Under the pieces are notes generated by a model. It was not told where the DNA came from and searched no databases. It worked only from the letters and a program-made list of their open reading frames with translations. This document shows, piece by piece, positions 10,041 to 21,559 of a DNA stretch of 64,000 bases (position 1 is its first letter; each line of letters opens with the position of its first letter). The DNA lies in assembly GCA_036130055.1 (NCBI GenBank), contig JAYYOR010000013.1, positions 623 to 64,622 of the forward strand, written 5' to 3'. A program made the translations under genes and the position numbers. The stretch is from Pseudomonadota bacterium (GTDB lineage: Bacteria > Pseudomonadota > Gammaproteobacteria > Ga0077536).

Positions 10041-11366
10041 TTCAAAAAGTTTTTTTATTGAATTCTCCCACCTTTTTGTTTTTCTTATAATGTTTTGGAC
10101 ATCAAGAGTTAAAATTTTTTCATTTTCAACTACTCTTTTTCCATTAACCCAAACATCTGTAACTTTGTTCTGACCTCCTCGACTTATCAGTTGATTTTCC
10201 GGTTTAAAAAGAGGTGTCGAACATATTCCATTTGTGCCTATAGCTACGATGTCAGCTAATTTATTTTTTTCTAGGCTACCTATCTGATTATCAAGCCCTA
10301 ACGATTTAGCTGCATTAATTGTTATCATCTCAAGAGCATCAAACGAATTTAAAATCCTACCGTCTTTGGCTGTGCCCTTTGCCAGCAACGATGCCAATTT
10401 AACTTCCGAAAGCATGTTGAGAGAGTTGTTACTTGCTGACCCATCTGTACCTATGCTGATATTCAAATTGTTATTGAGGAATTTCGCAAGTGGTGCGATC
10501 CCGCAACCGAGCTTAAGATTACTCGTAGGACAATGTACGATATTCACCCCTTTCCCATTAATCAACTCGATATCTTGGTCGCTTGTTTCCACCATGTGAA
10601 CTGCTACTAATCTATCGCTTAAGATACCCAATTCCGCAAGCCTCTGAATAGGGGTCTTACCTGTTTCCTTAATTGAATTACTAATTTCTCCCGTAGATTC
10701 ATTTAAATGCATATGAATTTGAACATCTAGCTCTTCGGCAAGGACCGCGACCTTTGAAAGAATTGAGTTAGATACTGAATAAATCGCATGGGGCGCGAAA
10801 GCGGTTGATATAAGCGGATGATTTTTAAATTTATCATGGATCGCTTGACCCTTTCTGAGGTATTCTTCAGCTGAGGACCCCCAATTTGATGGAAAATTTA
10901 TGACAGTCATTCCGATTGTGCTTCTTAATCCTGCCTCGATACAAACTCGCGCTGTCTCTTCCCCGAAAAAATACATATCGTTAAAGCATGTTGTTCCTGA
11001 CAGAAGCATTTCTGCTACTGCCAATTCACTTCCATCTCTGACAAATTCTGCACAGAGAAGTTGTTTTTCTAATGGCCATATATGATCAAAAAGCCAGCTC
11101 TGAAAAGAGGTATCGTCGGCGCAATTCGCAAAAAGGGCCATTGCAGCATGGGTATGACTATTAATCAAACCTGGTATTAGAATTTTGTCCTTCAGAAATA
11201 ACTCTTCCACGTCATTTCTCGGTTTAATTGAATTCCAATCAGATGTAGGCAAAATATTTTTGATAATATTTCCCTGAATTACCAATGTATGATTTTCTAA
11301 GCAGACATTAGCGGGTACGATTGGTACAATCCAATCAGCGTGTAATGCTAGAGTTTGTGATGCCAT
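10020..11366 (-). CDS. mtaD: TRZ/ATZ-family amidohydrolase, probable methylthioadenosine/S-adenosylhomocysteine deaminase
   Basis: PGLINSHTH, GTTCFNDMYF, APHAIYS, HMHLNE, HCPTSNLKLG, GTDGSASNN; divergent from mtnA as in other gammaproteobacteria. Confidence 0.85.
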   Translation of the reverse strand: MASQTLALHADWIVPIVPANVCLENHTLVIQGNIIKNILPTSDWNSIKPRNDVEELFLKDKILIPGLINSHTHAAMALFANCADDTSFQSWLFDHIWPLEKQLLCAEFVRDGSELAVAEMLLSGTTCFNDMYFFGEETARVCIEAGLRSTIGMTVINFPSNWGSSAEEYLRKGQAIHDKFKNHPLISTAFAPHAIYSVSNSILSKVAVLAEELDVQIHMHLNESTGEISNSIKETGKTPIQRLAELGILSDRLVAVHMVETSDQDIELINGKGVNIVHCPTSNLKLGCGIAPLAKFLNNNLNISIGTDGSASNNSLNMLSEVKLASLLAKGTAKDGRILNSFDALEMITINAAKSLGLDNQIGSLEKNKLADIVAIGTNGICSTPLFKPENQLISRGGQNKVTDVWVNGKRVVENEKILTLDVQNIIRKTKRWENSIKKLFELGFDKT

Positions 11367-11453
11367 AACTTTAGGAAAAATTTTATTAAGTAATAATGAA
11401 AAACTTCTTTTTTAAGTTTACAGAAAAACAGCCAAAACGGCTATAGGATTAAT

Positions 11454-12488
11454 ATGAAGCCAATAGATTGGGATGGAGAGAGACTTGTTTTATTAGACCA
11501 GAGGAAATTGCCTAGTGAGGTTTGTTACTTAAAATGTTCGACTGTTCAAGATGTTTTTGATGCGATAACGAAAATGGTCGTTCGTGGAGCTCCTGCTATT
11601 GGCGTTACTGCTGCCTATGGGCTTGCCCTTGCGATGAAGGAATATAAAAAAAACCAACACGAGACTGAGTATCAGTATCTGGAGAAAGTAGCAGACAAAC
11701 TAACTAAAGCTCGTCCGACGGCTGTGAATCTGAAATGGGCGTTAATCAAAATGATGGCTTTACTAGGAAGCTCTGAATTTGGAGATTTTTACGATATTTT
11801 AATTAAAGGGGCACAGGATATTCATCGCTCAGACTTAGAAGGTAATTATAAAATGGGCAATATAGGTGCTGAGCTGATTGCTAGTGGGTCATCTATTATC
11901 ACACATTGTAACGCAGGCGCATTAGCAACTAGTGGATATGGAACAGCACTGGGGGTGATTCGTAAGGCATCTGAAATTGGTCGCGTGGAAAAAATTTACG
12001 CTACGGAGACAAGGCCCTGGTTTCAAGGCTCTCGATTAACAGCGAGTGAGTTGCTATCTGATGGGTTAGGTGTGACAATAATTGTTGATAGCGCAGCGGG
12101 TTACCTCATGCGCAGTGAGCGTATCGATTGGATAATCGTTGGGGCTGATAGAGTTACCTCCAATGGAGACGTTATAAATAAAATTGGCACATATAATTTA
12201 GCCGTTTTGGCTCAGCGACATAACGTCAAGTTTATGGTTGTTGCCCCTACCTCTACACTTGACCTTTGTTCATTATCTGGTTTTGATGTGGATATTGAGC
12301 AGAGGAGTGAAACCGAAGTTAAGTACTATAATAACCAATTAATAGCGCCCTTAAATGCTAAAGTTTTTAATCCAGTGTTCGATGTTACCCCGAACAATTT
12401 AGTAGATGTTTTGGTTACCGAGAAAGGGGCTATTTTTAGCCCAGACCAGGAAAAGGTAGAGCGTCTAATGGATCAATCAAATACTTAA
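11454..12488 (+). CDS. mtnA: Methylthioribose-1-phosphate isomerase
   Basis: LLDQRKLP, MVVRGAPAIG, ARPTAVNL, THCNAGALAT, ETRPWFQG, GADR..NGDVINKIGTY, NPVFDVTP. Confidence 0.97.
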   Translation: MKPIDWDGERLVLLDQRKLPSEVCYLKCSTVQDVFDAITKMVVRGAPAIGVTAAYGLALAMKEYKKNQHETEYQYLEKVADKLTKARPTAVNLKWALIKMMALLGSSEFGDFYDILIKGAQDIHRSDLEGNYKMGNIGAELIASGSSIITHCNAGALATSGYGTALGVIRKASEIGRVEKIYATETRPWFQGSRLTASELLSDGLGVTIIVDSAAGYLMRSERIDWIIVGADRVTSNGDVINKIGTYNLAVLAQRHNVKFMVVAPTSTLDLCSLSGFDVDIEQRSETEVKYYNNQLIAPLNAKVFNPVFDVTPNNLVDVLVTEKGAIFSPDQEKVERLMDQSNT

Positions 12489-12514
12489 TTTCTGATGTTA
12501 TGACGAGTATTTTA

Positions 12515-12523
12515 TGCTAAAAT
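12515..12523 (+). promoter_or_regulatory. Candidate extended -10 promoter for gyrA
   Basis: TGcTAAAAT about 57 bp upstream of the gyrA ATG; motif match only. Confidence 0.4.
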
Positions 12524-12579
12524 AATAAGTATATTTTTCAATTTTAATGCATTAACAGCCATCCATATCTACACTAAAA

Positions 12580-15141
12580 ATGCAAGAAGATTTCTCCCAG
12601 ATAATTAAGATAAATATTGAGGATGAAATGCGTGATTCTTACATGGATTATGCAATGAGCGTTATAGTGGGTAGAGCTCTTCCTGATGCAAGGGATGGTT
12701 TGAAACCAGTTCATCGGCGAGTCCTCTATGCGATGAATGAAAGCAATGTCTTATGGAATCGGCCTTACGTAAAGTGCGCGAGAGTTGTTGGGGATGTAAT
12801 GGGGAAATATCACCCCCACGGGGACAATGCTATTTACGACGCATTGGTTAGGATGGCGCAAAATTTCTCTCTAAGAAATACTCTTATTGATGGTCAAGGT
12901 AATTTTGGCTCGATTGATGGCGATGCGCCAGCGGCTATGCGTTACACTGAATGTAGGCTCTCAAAAATAGCAAATGAAGTGCTTGCGGACATAGAAATGG
13001 ATACAGTCGACTTTACTCCAAACTATGATGGTAAAGAGTCTGAGCCATCTGTTCTGCCTTCTAAGATACCCAATCTGCTTGTGAACGGAGCGAGTGGAAT
13101 TGCAGTAGGTATGGCGACTAACATTCCGCCGCATAATTTAAGTGAAGTTGTGGATACCTGTATTGGCTTAATTGACAACCCTGATATTTCTGATGAGGAA
13201 TTAGCTTCAATATTACCCGGTCCCGATTTTCCCACAGCGGGAGAAATAAATGGAGCAGAGGGAATAAAGGAAGCCTATCGAACAGGGCGTGGTAGAGTTT
13301 ATGTAAGAGGAAAAGCTGCAATAGAAGAAAAAGCAAATGGACAACAGTCTGTAATAGTTACCGAGCTTCCTTATCAAGTCAATAAGGCAAAATTGATCGA
13401 AAAAATTGCGGAGTTAGTAAGAGAAAAAAAACTTGAGGGTATAAGTCAAGACGGCTTAAGGGACGAATCAGATAAAGATGGTATGCGTATCGTTATTGAA
13501 TTGAAAAGAGGTGAAAATCCAGAAGTATTCCTTAATAATCTATATTCTCAAACGCAATTACAAACGGTTTTTGGTATAAATATTGTGGCTCTTGTGGGTG
13601 GCCAACCTCAGGTTCTTAATTTAAAACAAGTCTTGGACTGCTTTATTAAGCATCGTAGAGAGGTAGTTACACGTCGAACACTTTTTGAGTTAAATAAAAC
13701 TATCGACCGAATGGTGACCCTTGAGGGTTTGGCAGTTGCGTTTGCAAATGTTGATGAAATTATAGAGTTAATCAAGGCGTCAAAAAATCCTGAGGAAGCA
13801 AAAAGTAAGCTAATTAAAAAAAGCTGGGCACCAGGAAGCTTTGTAATTGAAATGATAGCTCAATTTGATAGGGAGCAAATCGTTAAACAGAGGCCTGACT
13901 TAAAAGTGTCGGACTTAGAGTCAGGTCTTTATGAACTCTCTGAAAGTCAAGCGAAAGACATTCTAGAAATGAGATTACAGAGATTGACAGGTTTAGAGCA
14001 AGATAAAATAACTAGTGAATATCGCGATGTTAACTTGAGCATTATTGAGCTATTAAAAATTCTTACTGATCCTTCTGAACTAATGCGTGTTATCAGAGAT
14101 GAGCTAGAGGATGTCAAAGAACGTTTCGGCGATGAACGGCGGACGAACATCAGCTCCATTCGAGAGGATTTGATGACAGAAGACCTAATTCCAGAGGAAG
14201 ACCTAGTTGTTACCTTTTCCCACGAGGGTTATGCCAAAGCCCAATCTATGAATACTTATAAATCACAGCGTAGAGGGGGACGTGGAAAGACGGCAGCGAC
14301 AACAAAGCAACAGGATTTCGTAGAAAAAATTTTCGTAGCTAATTCTCATGAAACTCTGCTGTGCTTTTCGAATTTAGGTAAAGTATTTTGGCTGAAGGTT
14401 TATCAACTCCCTCAGGGAAGCCGCACGGCGCGAGGTAAGCCTTTGGTAAACTTGCTACCATTAACGGACGATGAAAAAATAACCGCGGTACTTCCTGTTA
14501 AAGAATTTGACGGAAGTAATTATGTAGTTATGGCTACTGCGAAAGGTTTAATCAAGAAAACAGGACTGGCTAATTTTTCACGTCCCCGACCCTCAGGGAT
14601 AATAGCTGTTGGTCTTTCTGAAGATGATTATCTCATTGGAGCAATACTTACAGAGGGAGAAAATGAAATAATGCTTGTAAGCTCCCGAGGCAAGGCCGTG
14701 AAATTTAATGAAAATAATGTTAGAGCCATGGGAAGGTCAGCTCGAGGTGTGCGGGGGATTCTTTTAGAAGATACGGCCAGGACAATTGCGCTGCTAACCG
14801 TGGGTAGTGAGCAACAGGTATTGCTTGTAACAGAAAATGGATACGGGAAAAGAACCAGTTACGATGATTTTCCGATAAGAAGTAGAGGTGGGAAAGGAGT
14901 TATCGCCATCCAAACTACAAATAGGAATGGAAGTGTTGTGGGTGCAGCCCCTGTGAGTGAAGACGATGAGGTCATGCTGATTACTAATCAGGGTATGCTG
15001 GTAAGACAATCTGTTAAAGGCATAAGTATTATAGGGAGGAATACACAAGGAATAAGGTTACAAAAATTTGATAGTGGTTCAGAAAAATTAGTTGGTCTGG
15101 AAACCATAGTAGAACTAGAGGAACCGGAACATGATGATTAA
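12580..15141 (+). CDS. gyrA: DNA gyrase subunit A
   Basis: [32 protein letters not shown]. The GyrA-box QRRGGRG distinguishes it from ParC. Confidence 0.98.
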   Translation: MQEDFSQIIKINIEDEMRDSYMDYAMSVIVGRALPDARDGLKPVHRRVLYAMNESNVLWNRPYVKCARVVGDVMGKYHPHGDNAIYDALVRMAQNFSLRNTLIDGQGNFGSIDGDAPAAMRYTECRLSKIANEVLADIEMDTVDFTPNYDGKESEPSVLPSKIPNLLVNGASGIAVGMATNIPPHNLSEVVDTCIGLIDNPDISDEELASILPGPDFPTAGEINGAEGIKEAYRTGRGRVYVRGKAAIEEKANGQQSVIVTELPYQVNKAKLIEKIAELVREKKLEGISQDGLRDESDKDGMRIVIELKRGENPEVFLNNLYSQTQLQTVFGINIVALVGGQPQVLNLKQVLDCFIKHRREVVTRRTLFELNKTIDRMVTLEGLAVAFANVDEIIELIKASKNPEEAKSKLIKKSWAPGSFVIEMIAQFDREQIVKQRPDLKVSDLESGLYELSESQAKDILEMRLQRLTGLEQDKITSEYRDVNLSIIELLKILTDPSELMRVIRDELEDVKERFGDERRTNISSIREDLMTEDLIPEEDLVVTFSHEGYAKAQSMNTYKSQRRGGRGKTAATTKQQDFVEKIFVANSHETLLCFSNLGKVFWLKVYQLPQGSRTARGKPLVNLLPLTDDEKITAVLPVKEFDGSNYVVMATAKGLIKKTGLANFSRPRPSGIIAVGLSEDDYLIGAILTEGENEIMLVSSRGKAVKFNENNVRAMGRSARGVRGILLEDTARTIALLTVGSEQQVLLVTENGYGKRTSYDDFPIRSRGGKGVIAIQTTNRNGSVVGAAPVSEDDEVMLITNQGMLVRQSVKGISIIGRNTQGIRLQKFDSGSEKLVGLETIVELEEPEHDD

Positions 15142-15175
15142 AAAGTTAAAGTTAAGTTGAATATTGAGCTTATAA

Positions 15176-16258
15176 ATGGAAGACTCGTCTGAAATTGTTA
15201 AGTTACGAAAAATCATTGATGAGGTGGACACGAGTTTATTAAAATTAATGAACGAGCGAGCTGATCTTGCCAAACAAATCGGACTTGTGAAAAATAATCA
15301 AAATAAACCAAGCGCAATTTATCGGCCAGATCGCGAATTTACTATCATTAGCGAGCTTCTAGGTAAAAATCAGGGACCTTTAACAGATTCGTCGATAGAA
15401 GTAATTTTTAAAGACATAATATCTGCATGTAGATCAGTAGAAGCGAAACTAGTTGTGGCCTACTTGGGTCCTCAGGGCTCTTATACAGAGGCTGCAATGT
15501 ACAAACATTTTGGTAAGTTAATAGACAAAAAACCTTGCGGTGATATTTCCTCAGTTTTTAGAGAAATAGATCTTGGTGGAAGCGATTATGGGATTGTTCC
15601 AGTTGAAAATTCGTATGGGGGTTCCGTGACGGAGTCGCTAGATTGCTTGGTAAATAATTCAGCGGGTATTATTGGAGAGGTATATCTGACGATAAACCAT
15701 CAGCTATTATCTTCAGAAGCAAGCTTGCGCGACGTTGAAACAGTTTTTGCCCACCAACAATCGTTGTCGCAATGTCGACTATGGTTAAAGAATAACTTGC
15801 CGAATGCAAATTTGATAAGCGTCAGTAGCAATTCAGCAGCAGTTAAAAAAAGTCTTGAAGAGAAAAAAACGGCAGCGATTGCCGGATCAACTGCGGCGGA
15901 AATCTATAAAGTTCCGATTTTGCAATCAAATATCGCCGATTCAAGTGACAACACAACCAGATTCATCATATTAGGAAAAACCCTTAATGAATCAACAGGA
16001 AAAGATAGGACATCTATAGCCTTTGGAGTAAAAAATGAATTTGGAGCTCTTTATAATGTTTTAACCAGCTTTTACGAAGCGAAAATTAGTCTTTCAAAAA
16101 TTGAATCAAGACCATCTGGCCAAGATCTCTGGGAATATATTTTCTATGTTGATCTCAATGGACATTTTAAAGACGCCAACATGCGCTCTGCGCTTAAAGA
16201 AACACGAAAGAAAGTTTCAATGCTGAAAATACTTGGAAGTTATCCTCAAGCTTTATAG
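15176..16258 (+). CDS. pheA: Chorismate mutase/prephenate dehydratase (P-protein)
   Basis: N-terminal AroQ (LRKIIDEVD..ERA), AYLGPQGSY, VPVENS, NTTRF, ACT domain KIESRPS, LGSYP. Confidence 0.96.
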   Translation: MEDSSEIVKLRKIIDEVDTSLLKLMNERADLAKQIGLVKNNQNKPSAIYRPDREFTIISELLGKNQGPLTDSSIEVIFKDIISACRSVEAKLVVAYLGPQGSYTEAAMYKHFGKLIDKKPCGDISSVFREIDLGGSDYGIVPVENSYGGSVTESLDCLVNNSAGIIGEVYLTINHQLLSSEASLRDVETVFAHQQSLSQCRLWLKNNLPNANLISVSSNSAAVKKSLEEKKTAAIAGSTAAEIYKVPILQSNIADSSDNTTRFIILGKTLNESTGKDRTSIAFGVKNEFGALYNVLTSFYEAKISLSKIESRPSGQDLWEYIFYVDLNGHFKDANMRSALKETRKKVSMLKILGSYPQAL

Positions 16259-16280
16259 TCGCATTTTGGAGAATCAATGT

Positions 16281-17129
16281 ATGCTTAAAGTTGGAATTTT
16301 CGGGTTGGGTCTTATAGGAGGCTCAATCGCTAAAGCATTAAAAGATTCCTCACCTGATACTATTTTAGGCGGATTCGATAGGAGTAAGGAAAACGCAGGT
16401 TTTGTGCTAGAAAATAAAATAATTGATTACCTGATCGAAGATATTACAGAGGAAGATATAAAGTTTGATTTGGTTATTGTTGCTGTTCCTGTATCCGAGT
16501 TGAGTGAAATTTTAGCCAAATTAAACAGAATTAAAAAAAAATTTATTATTACTGATGTATGCAGTGTCAAAGAACCAGTTATAGAAATTGCTGATCAAGT
16601 CTTAACCGATAAATTTTCAGATTTTGTACCTGGCCACCCCATCTCTGGCTTAGAATTATCTGGCCCGCAAAATTCAAGAACAAATTTGTTCAAAGATTCA
16701 CCAGTTTTGCTTACCCCATTGAGCCAAACAAGTAAGAAAGCGATAGAAGGAGTATCAAAAGTTTGGAGACGAATGGGTGGTATTCCTTTTATCATTGATC
16801 CCATTTTACATGACAAGTGTCTTGCTGCGACTTCTCATTTGCCTCATGTATTAGCTTATCTCGCGATTGAAGCCACTAAAACATTAGAATCAAAAGACTT
16901 GAACAGGTTTATAGGTGGTAGCTTTAGAGATCTAACAAGGGTTGCCGAAAGTTCTCCGGCTTTATGGACAGATATTTTTTTCAGCAACAAGACAAATTTA
17001 ATTGAGATGATTCAAATATTTCGAAATAATTTAGATTTATTCCAAACAATATTAGAAAACCGTGATAAAACCGCCATGCTTTCTTACTTAGACGGTGCGC
17101 GAAAAACAAAAATAAAATATAAAGATTAG
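16281..17129 (+). CDS. tyrA: Prephenate/arogenate dehydrogenase
   Basis: GLGLIGGS Rossmann motif, TDVCSVK, GHPISG, HD..LAATSHLPH, FRDLTRVA. ATG at 16281 is preferred. Confidence 0.93.
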   Translation: MLKVGIFGLGLIGGSIAKALKDSSPDTILGGFDRSKENAGFVLENKIIDYLIEDITEEDIKFDLVIVAVPVSELSEILAKLNRIKKKFIITDVCSVKEPVIEIADQVLTDKFSDFVPGHPISGLELSGPQNSRTNLFKDSPVLLTPLSQTSKKAIEGVSKVWRRMGGIPFIIDPILHDKCLAATSHLPHVLAYLAIEATKTLESKDLNRFIGGSFRDLTRVAESSPALWTDIFFSNKTNLIEMIQIFRNNLDLFQTILENRDKTAMLSYLDGARKTKIKYKD

Positions 17130-17138
17130 TTATGCCAG

Positions 17139-18431
17139 ATGAAGAATGAATTAGTTGCTAAAAGTGGAGGGAGAGTTATTGGTGAGGTGGAAGTCCCAGG
17201 AGACAAGTCTATTTCTCATAGAGCAATAATTTTTGGAAGTTTAGCGTCCGGCAAGTCGATAATCGAAAATTGTTTGATGGGAGATGATGTTCTAGCCACG
17301 ATAAGAGCATTTAAAGATATGGGGATTGAGATAAATGTTTCGTCTGAAAATCTAGTTAGTATTAATGGCTGTAATATGTCCATTAGACAGGGTAAATACC
17401 AACTTGATCTCGGTAATTCAGGAACCTCTATACGACTTTTGATGGGGCTTTTAACGGGTATGGGGATTAATGCTCTACTTACTGGTGACGATTCATTGAG
17501 ACGAAGACCTATGAAAAGGGTGTCGGATCCCCTAGCCAAAATGGGTGCGAAAATTAAATTGACAAACCATGAATATGCTCCACTTGAACTATTCGGGTCA
17601 GAATTACTAAAGCCTATAAAATTCGAACCTAAAGTCGCTAGCGCTCAGGTAAAATCCGCTGTCTTGCTTGCTGGTCTGTTCTGTGATGGAGAGACTGTCG
17701 TTAAAGAAATAAGTCAAACAAGAGATCATACGGAAAGGATGTTAGCCCTGTTTGGAGGAGATATTAAGGTACAAGGGGGCCATATCTTTGTAACAGGCAA
17801 GCCCACTTTGAAGGCACAAAAACTAACGGTTCCCGGTGATTTTTCCTCAGCGGCATTTTTACTAGTAGGAGCAATCATTGCTGATCAGGGTGAATTATTG
17901 ATTAAAAACGTTGGCCTAAATCCGACTCGACTTGGCCTAATAGAAATGTTAAAAAAAATGGGTGCGAATATTCATGTTAATTTAATATCCAATGAATTTG
18001 AGCCAGTAGGCGACATTAGAGTTCGTAATGGTGACTTAAATGGTATTACAGTTGATCCTAGTCTGATACCAGCTGCAATTGATGAATTCCCAATTTTTTT
18101 TATCGCAGCGGCTTGTGCAGAAGGCGTAACAGTTTTAAGAGGAGCAAACGAGTTGAGACACAAAGAAAGTGATAGACTTGCGGTAATGGGAGAGGGTCTT
18201 TCTCGTATGGGGATAAAAGTTAAGCGATTTGACGACGGGATTGAGATACAAGGAGGCGCGATTTCCGGGGGCTCAGTAAATGCGAGAGGAGACCATCGTT
18301 GCGCAATGTCGTTTATAATTGCAAGCTTAAAAGCAAAAAGATCGATAAAAATTTTGAATACAAAAGAAATCACCACATCCTTTCCTAACTTTCTTGAAAT
18401 TATAAATTCTCTTGGTTTAAGCGTTAATTAG
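17139..18431 (+). CDS. aroA: 3-phosphoshikimate 1-carboxyvinyltransferase (EPSP synthase, class II type)
   Basis: PGDKSISHRA, LGNSGT, RPMKRV, SAQVKS, RDHTE, ELRHKESDR, DHRCAM. Confidence 0.97.
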   Translation: MKNELVAKSGGRVIGEVEVPGDKSISHRAIIFGSLASGKSIIENCLMGDDVLATIRAFKDMGIEINVSSENLVSINGCNMSIRQGKYQLDLGNSGTSIRLLMGLLTGMGINALLTGDDSLRRRPMKRVSDPLAKMGAKIKLTNHEYAPLELFGSELLKPIKFEPKVASAQVKSAVLLAGLFCDGETVVKEISQTRDHTERMLALFGGDIKVQGGHIFVTGKPTLKAQKLTVPGDFSSAAFLLVGAIIADQGELLIKNVGLNPTRLGLIEMLKKMGANIHVNLISNEFEPVGDIRVRNGDLNGITVDPSLIPAAIDEFPIFFIAAACAEGVTVLRGANELRHKESDRLAVMGEGLSRMGIKVKRFDDGIEIQGGAISGGSVNARGDHRCAMSFIIASLKAKRSIKILNTKEITTSFPNFLEIINSLGLSVN

Positions 18432-18441
18432 GATAAGGAAC

Positions 18442-19164
18442 GTGGCGACAGAAAAAAAGCAAAGCAATGTTCCCGTTATTACATTAGACGGACCTAGCGG
18501 GTCTGGAAAAGGGACGATAGCGCTTGCCTTATCTTCTCAATTAAAATGGAACCTTCTCAATTCCGGCTACATTTACCGCGCAATGGCCTTTTTAGCGATA
18601 AAGAAAAATATTAGTCCCAATGAGGAAGCAAAAATTTTAGAGCTTGTAAGTAATTCCAGTTTTGAGTTAAAAGTGCTTAAAAACCAAACACGAGTTTTTT
18701 GTGAAAAAGAAGATATAACTGAAATCATATCTGATGAATGTTATGGGAATGTCGCGTCAAGGATTGCGGTTAATAAAAGTGTTAGAAATGAATTGATTGC
18801 CAAACAGCGAGATTTTGTAAAGCCTCCCGGTTTAATAGCCGAAGGTAGAGACATGGGAACAGTTTTGTTTCCAAATGCAGAATTAAAGATATTTATAACC
18901 GCGGCGCCTAAAGAAAGAGCTATGAGGCGAGCTAAACAGTTGAAAGAAAAAGGGATCACTGTTAGACTTTCGCCTCTTATCGATGAAATTTTAGCCAGGG
19001 ATAAGCGGGACAGGGACCGACTGGAATCCCCTCTCATACCTCATTCTGATTCGATAATGATAGACACTACTTGTTTATCAGTGAGAGAAGTGGTTAGTTT
19101 GGTGAGAATTTTAGCAATTGGAAAATTTGAACATATAGCAAATAAACTAGAAGCGGGAAATTAA
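18442..19164 (+). CDS. cmk: Cytidylate kinase
   Basis: [36 protein letters not shown]; GTG start. Confidence 0.96.
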   Translation: MATEKKQSNVPVITLDGPSGSGKGTIALALSSQLKWNLLNSGYIYRAMAFLAIKKNISPNEEAKILELVSNSSFELKVLKNQTRVFCEKEDITEIISDECYGNVASRIAVNKSVRNELIAKQRDFVKPPGLIAEGRDMGTVLFPNAELKIFITAAPKERAMRRAKQLKEKGITVRLSPLIDEILARDKRDRDRLESPLIPHSDSIMIDTTCLSVREVVSLVRILAIGKFEHIANKLEAGN

Positions 19165-20846
19165 TGTCAGAAAACTTTGCCGAATTATTCGAGAACAGCG
19201 ACATCGTAAGTAAGATGAAACCAGGCACAATAATGAATGGATTAGTTGTCGACGTTCGCGCCGATTACGTGATTGTGAATGCAGGACTCAAGTCCGAAGG
19301 TATTATTCCTATTGAACAGTTTAAAAACGACAATGGTGAGTTGGACGTAAATGTAGGTGATCAGGTTGAAGTAGCCCTTGATGCCGTAGAAGATGGATAC
19401 GGTGAGACGCGGCTTTCTAGAGAAAAAGCGAAGCGTGCGAAAGCCTGGATTGAGTTAGAAAAAGCGTGTGAATCTCAGGAAACGGTTGTTGGGGTGATTA
19501 CGGATAAAGTAAAAGGCGGATTTACAGTAAATGTAAGCAGTGTGCGGGCTTTTCTTCCGGGCTCCTTAGTGGATGTTAGGCCTGTAAAAGATATGGGATA
19601 CTTAGAAGGAAAGCCGGTAGATTTTAAAGTAATAAAAGTCGATAAAAAACGAAATAATGCAGTGGTTTCGCGTAGAGCAGTTGTGGAAAACGACAACTCG
19701 GCGGAGAGGGAGTCCGTGCTAAATAAAATGGCAGAAGGGGCGGTCATGACAGGTTTAGTCAAAAATTTGACTGATTACGGAGCTTTTGTAGATTTAGGTG
19801 GAGTAGATGGCCTCTTGCATATAACCGACATGGCTTGGAAAAGAGTGAAGCATCCGTCAGAACTTGTTTCTGTGGGCGATGAAATCAACGTCAAAGTCCT
19901 GAAATTTGACTCCGAAACCAACCGGGTATCACTGGGATTAAAACAGATGGGTGAAGATCCTTGGATGGATGTGTCAAATAGATTTCCGGAAGGATCAAGT
20001 TTAAGTGGTAAGGTTTCGAATATCACCGATTACGGATGTTTTGTTGAAATCGAAGAGGGTGTGGAGGGACTTGTTCATGTCTCGGAAATGGATTGGACTA
20101 ATAAAAATGTGCACCCATCAAAAGTTGTACACTTGGGAGATGAGGTCGATGTAAAAGTTCTCGAAATCGATCAAGAGAGAAGGCGGATATCTCTCGGTAT
20201 GAAACAATGTAAGGTCAATCCATGGGAAGAATTCTCTTCCAATCATCAGAAGAATGATAGAGCGTCTGGCGTTATTAAATCGATTACAGATTTTGGGATT
20301 TTTGTTGGTCTTGAGGGTGGTATCGACGGCCTGATTCATTTATCAGATTTATCTTGGGATGAGCCGGGAGAGGAGTCTGTTCGCAATTATAAAAAAGGAG
20401 ATTCAATAGATGCTGTGGTGCTGGCGGTTGATGCGGCTAGAGAAAGGATTTCGCTTGGCATAAAGCAGCTCGATCAAGACCCATTCACGCTATATCAAAA
20501 TAAGAATAACAAAGGTTCACTGGTCTCGGTGAAAGTGCTTGACGTTGATTCAAAACAAGTAACAGTTGAGGTAACTGAAGGGGTAGAAGGACTTATAAAA
20601 ATTACCGAATTATCGGTTGATGCCGCCGACGATCCAAAAAATTCCGTTAAGGTAGATGACGTCTTCGACGCTCTAATTACAGGTTTTGATAGAAAAAAAA
20701 GAGTCGTTTTACTTTCAGTGAAAGCCAAAGAATCAGAAGAGCAAGCAGCGGCGCTTGAAGAGTACGGTCTTGAAACCCAGTCCAATAGAGCAACTCTTGG
20801 CGATCTTATGAAAGAGCAACTCGACACAAAAGAAAATAGTGATTAG
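19164..20846 (+). CDS. rpsA: 30S ribosomal protein S1
   Basis: [11 protein letters not shown]-terminus and six S1 repeats ([16 protein letters not shown] and similar). Confidence 0.99.
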   Translation: MSENFAELFENSDIVSKMKPGTIMNGLVVDVRADYVIVNAGLKSEGIIPIEQFKNDNGELDVNVGDQVEVALDAVEDGYGETRLSREKAKRAKAWIELEKACESQETVVGVITDKVKGGFTVNVSSVRAFLPGSLVDVRPVKDMGYLEGKPVDFKVIKVDKKRNNAVVSRRAVVENDNSAERESVLNKMAEGAVMTGLVKNLTDYGAFVDLGGVDGLLHITDMAWKRVKHPSELVSVGDEINVKVLKFDSETNRVSLGLKQMGEDPWMDVSNRFPEGSSLSGKVSNITDYGCFVEIEEGVEGLVHVSEMDWTNKNVHPSKVVHLGDEVDVKVLEIDQERRRISLGMKQCKVNPWEEFSSNHQKNDRASGVIKSITDFGIFVGLEGGIDGLIHLSDLSWDEPGEESVRNYKKGDSIDAVVLAVDAARERISLGIKQLDQDPFTLYQNKNNKGSLVSVKVLDVDSKQVTVEVTEGVEGLIKITELSVDAADDPKNSVKVDDVFDALITGFDRKKRVVLLSVKAKESEEQAAALEEYGLETQSNRATLGDLMKEQLDTKENSD

Positions 20847-20875
20847 AAGAATAATATTAAAATTAACTATTGAAA

Positions 20876-21181
20876 ATGACTAAATCAGAACTTATTGAAG
20901 TCCTGCTTACGGAACAATCGCATCTGAAACACGAAGATGTAGAACTGGCCGTTAAAACCATTTTAGAATTAATGAGCCAATCACTTGCCGATGGTGAGCG
21001 AATTGAAATCAGAGGATTTGGTAGCTTTTGTTTACATTACAGGCCGCCTAGAGTAGGCAGAAACCCGAAATCGGGTGAGTCGGTAACACTCTCGGAAAAG
21101 TACGTCCCGCATTTTAAGCCTGGGAAAGAACTGAGAGAGAGAGTGAATAATCAGCCTAAAAATATAACCGTAATTAAATAA
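20876..21181 (+). CDS. ihfB: Integration host factor beta subunit
   Basis: [39 protein letters not shown]; follows rpsA. Confidence 0.97.
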   Translation: MTKSELIEVLLTEQSHLKHEDVELAVKTILELMSQSLADGERIEIRGFGSFCLHYRPPRVGRNPKSGESVTLSEKYVPHFKPGKELRERVNNQPKNITVIK

Positions 21182-21253
21182 TAGGCATTATCGTACCTTG
21201 CTGTAAATTTTTTTACTTTTTTAGTTGTTGAGTTTTATACCTGAGTTGTTGAT

Positions 21254-21559
21254 ATGCTAAGAGCTCTGTTAAAAATTATTAATTTCTCAGCTTTGGCTTT
21301 TTTGTTGATTTTTATAATTTATTTTCATTTGCTTAACTCCCAGCCAATTAATTTAGACTTTATCTTAATTGACTTTGAAACAAATGTAACCCTTATAATG
21401 TTAGTCAGTTTCCTAATTGGCTACATTGTTGCAAATTTTAGTTTTATTTTTAGGAAATTTTTAAACGTATTCTTAAAAAACAAAAACAATAGAAACCACG
21501 ATTTAAAGAAAGTTGAGAACTTTCAAAGAGCATTTAAAGATATTAAAGAAGATGGTTAA
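21254..21559 (+). CDS. lapA: LapA-family (DUF1049) small membrane protein
   Basis: Two hydrophobic segments with an N..P..LDF linker; conserved slot between ihfB and pyrF. Confidence 0.7.
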   Translation: MLRALLKIINFSALAFLLIFIIYFHLLNSQPINLDFILIDFETNVTLIMLVSFLIGYIVANFSFIFRKFLNVFLKNKNNRNHDLKKVENFQRAFKDIKEDG

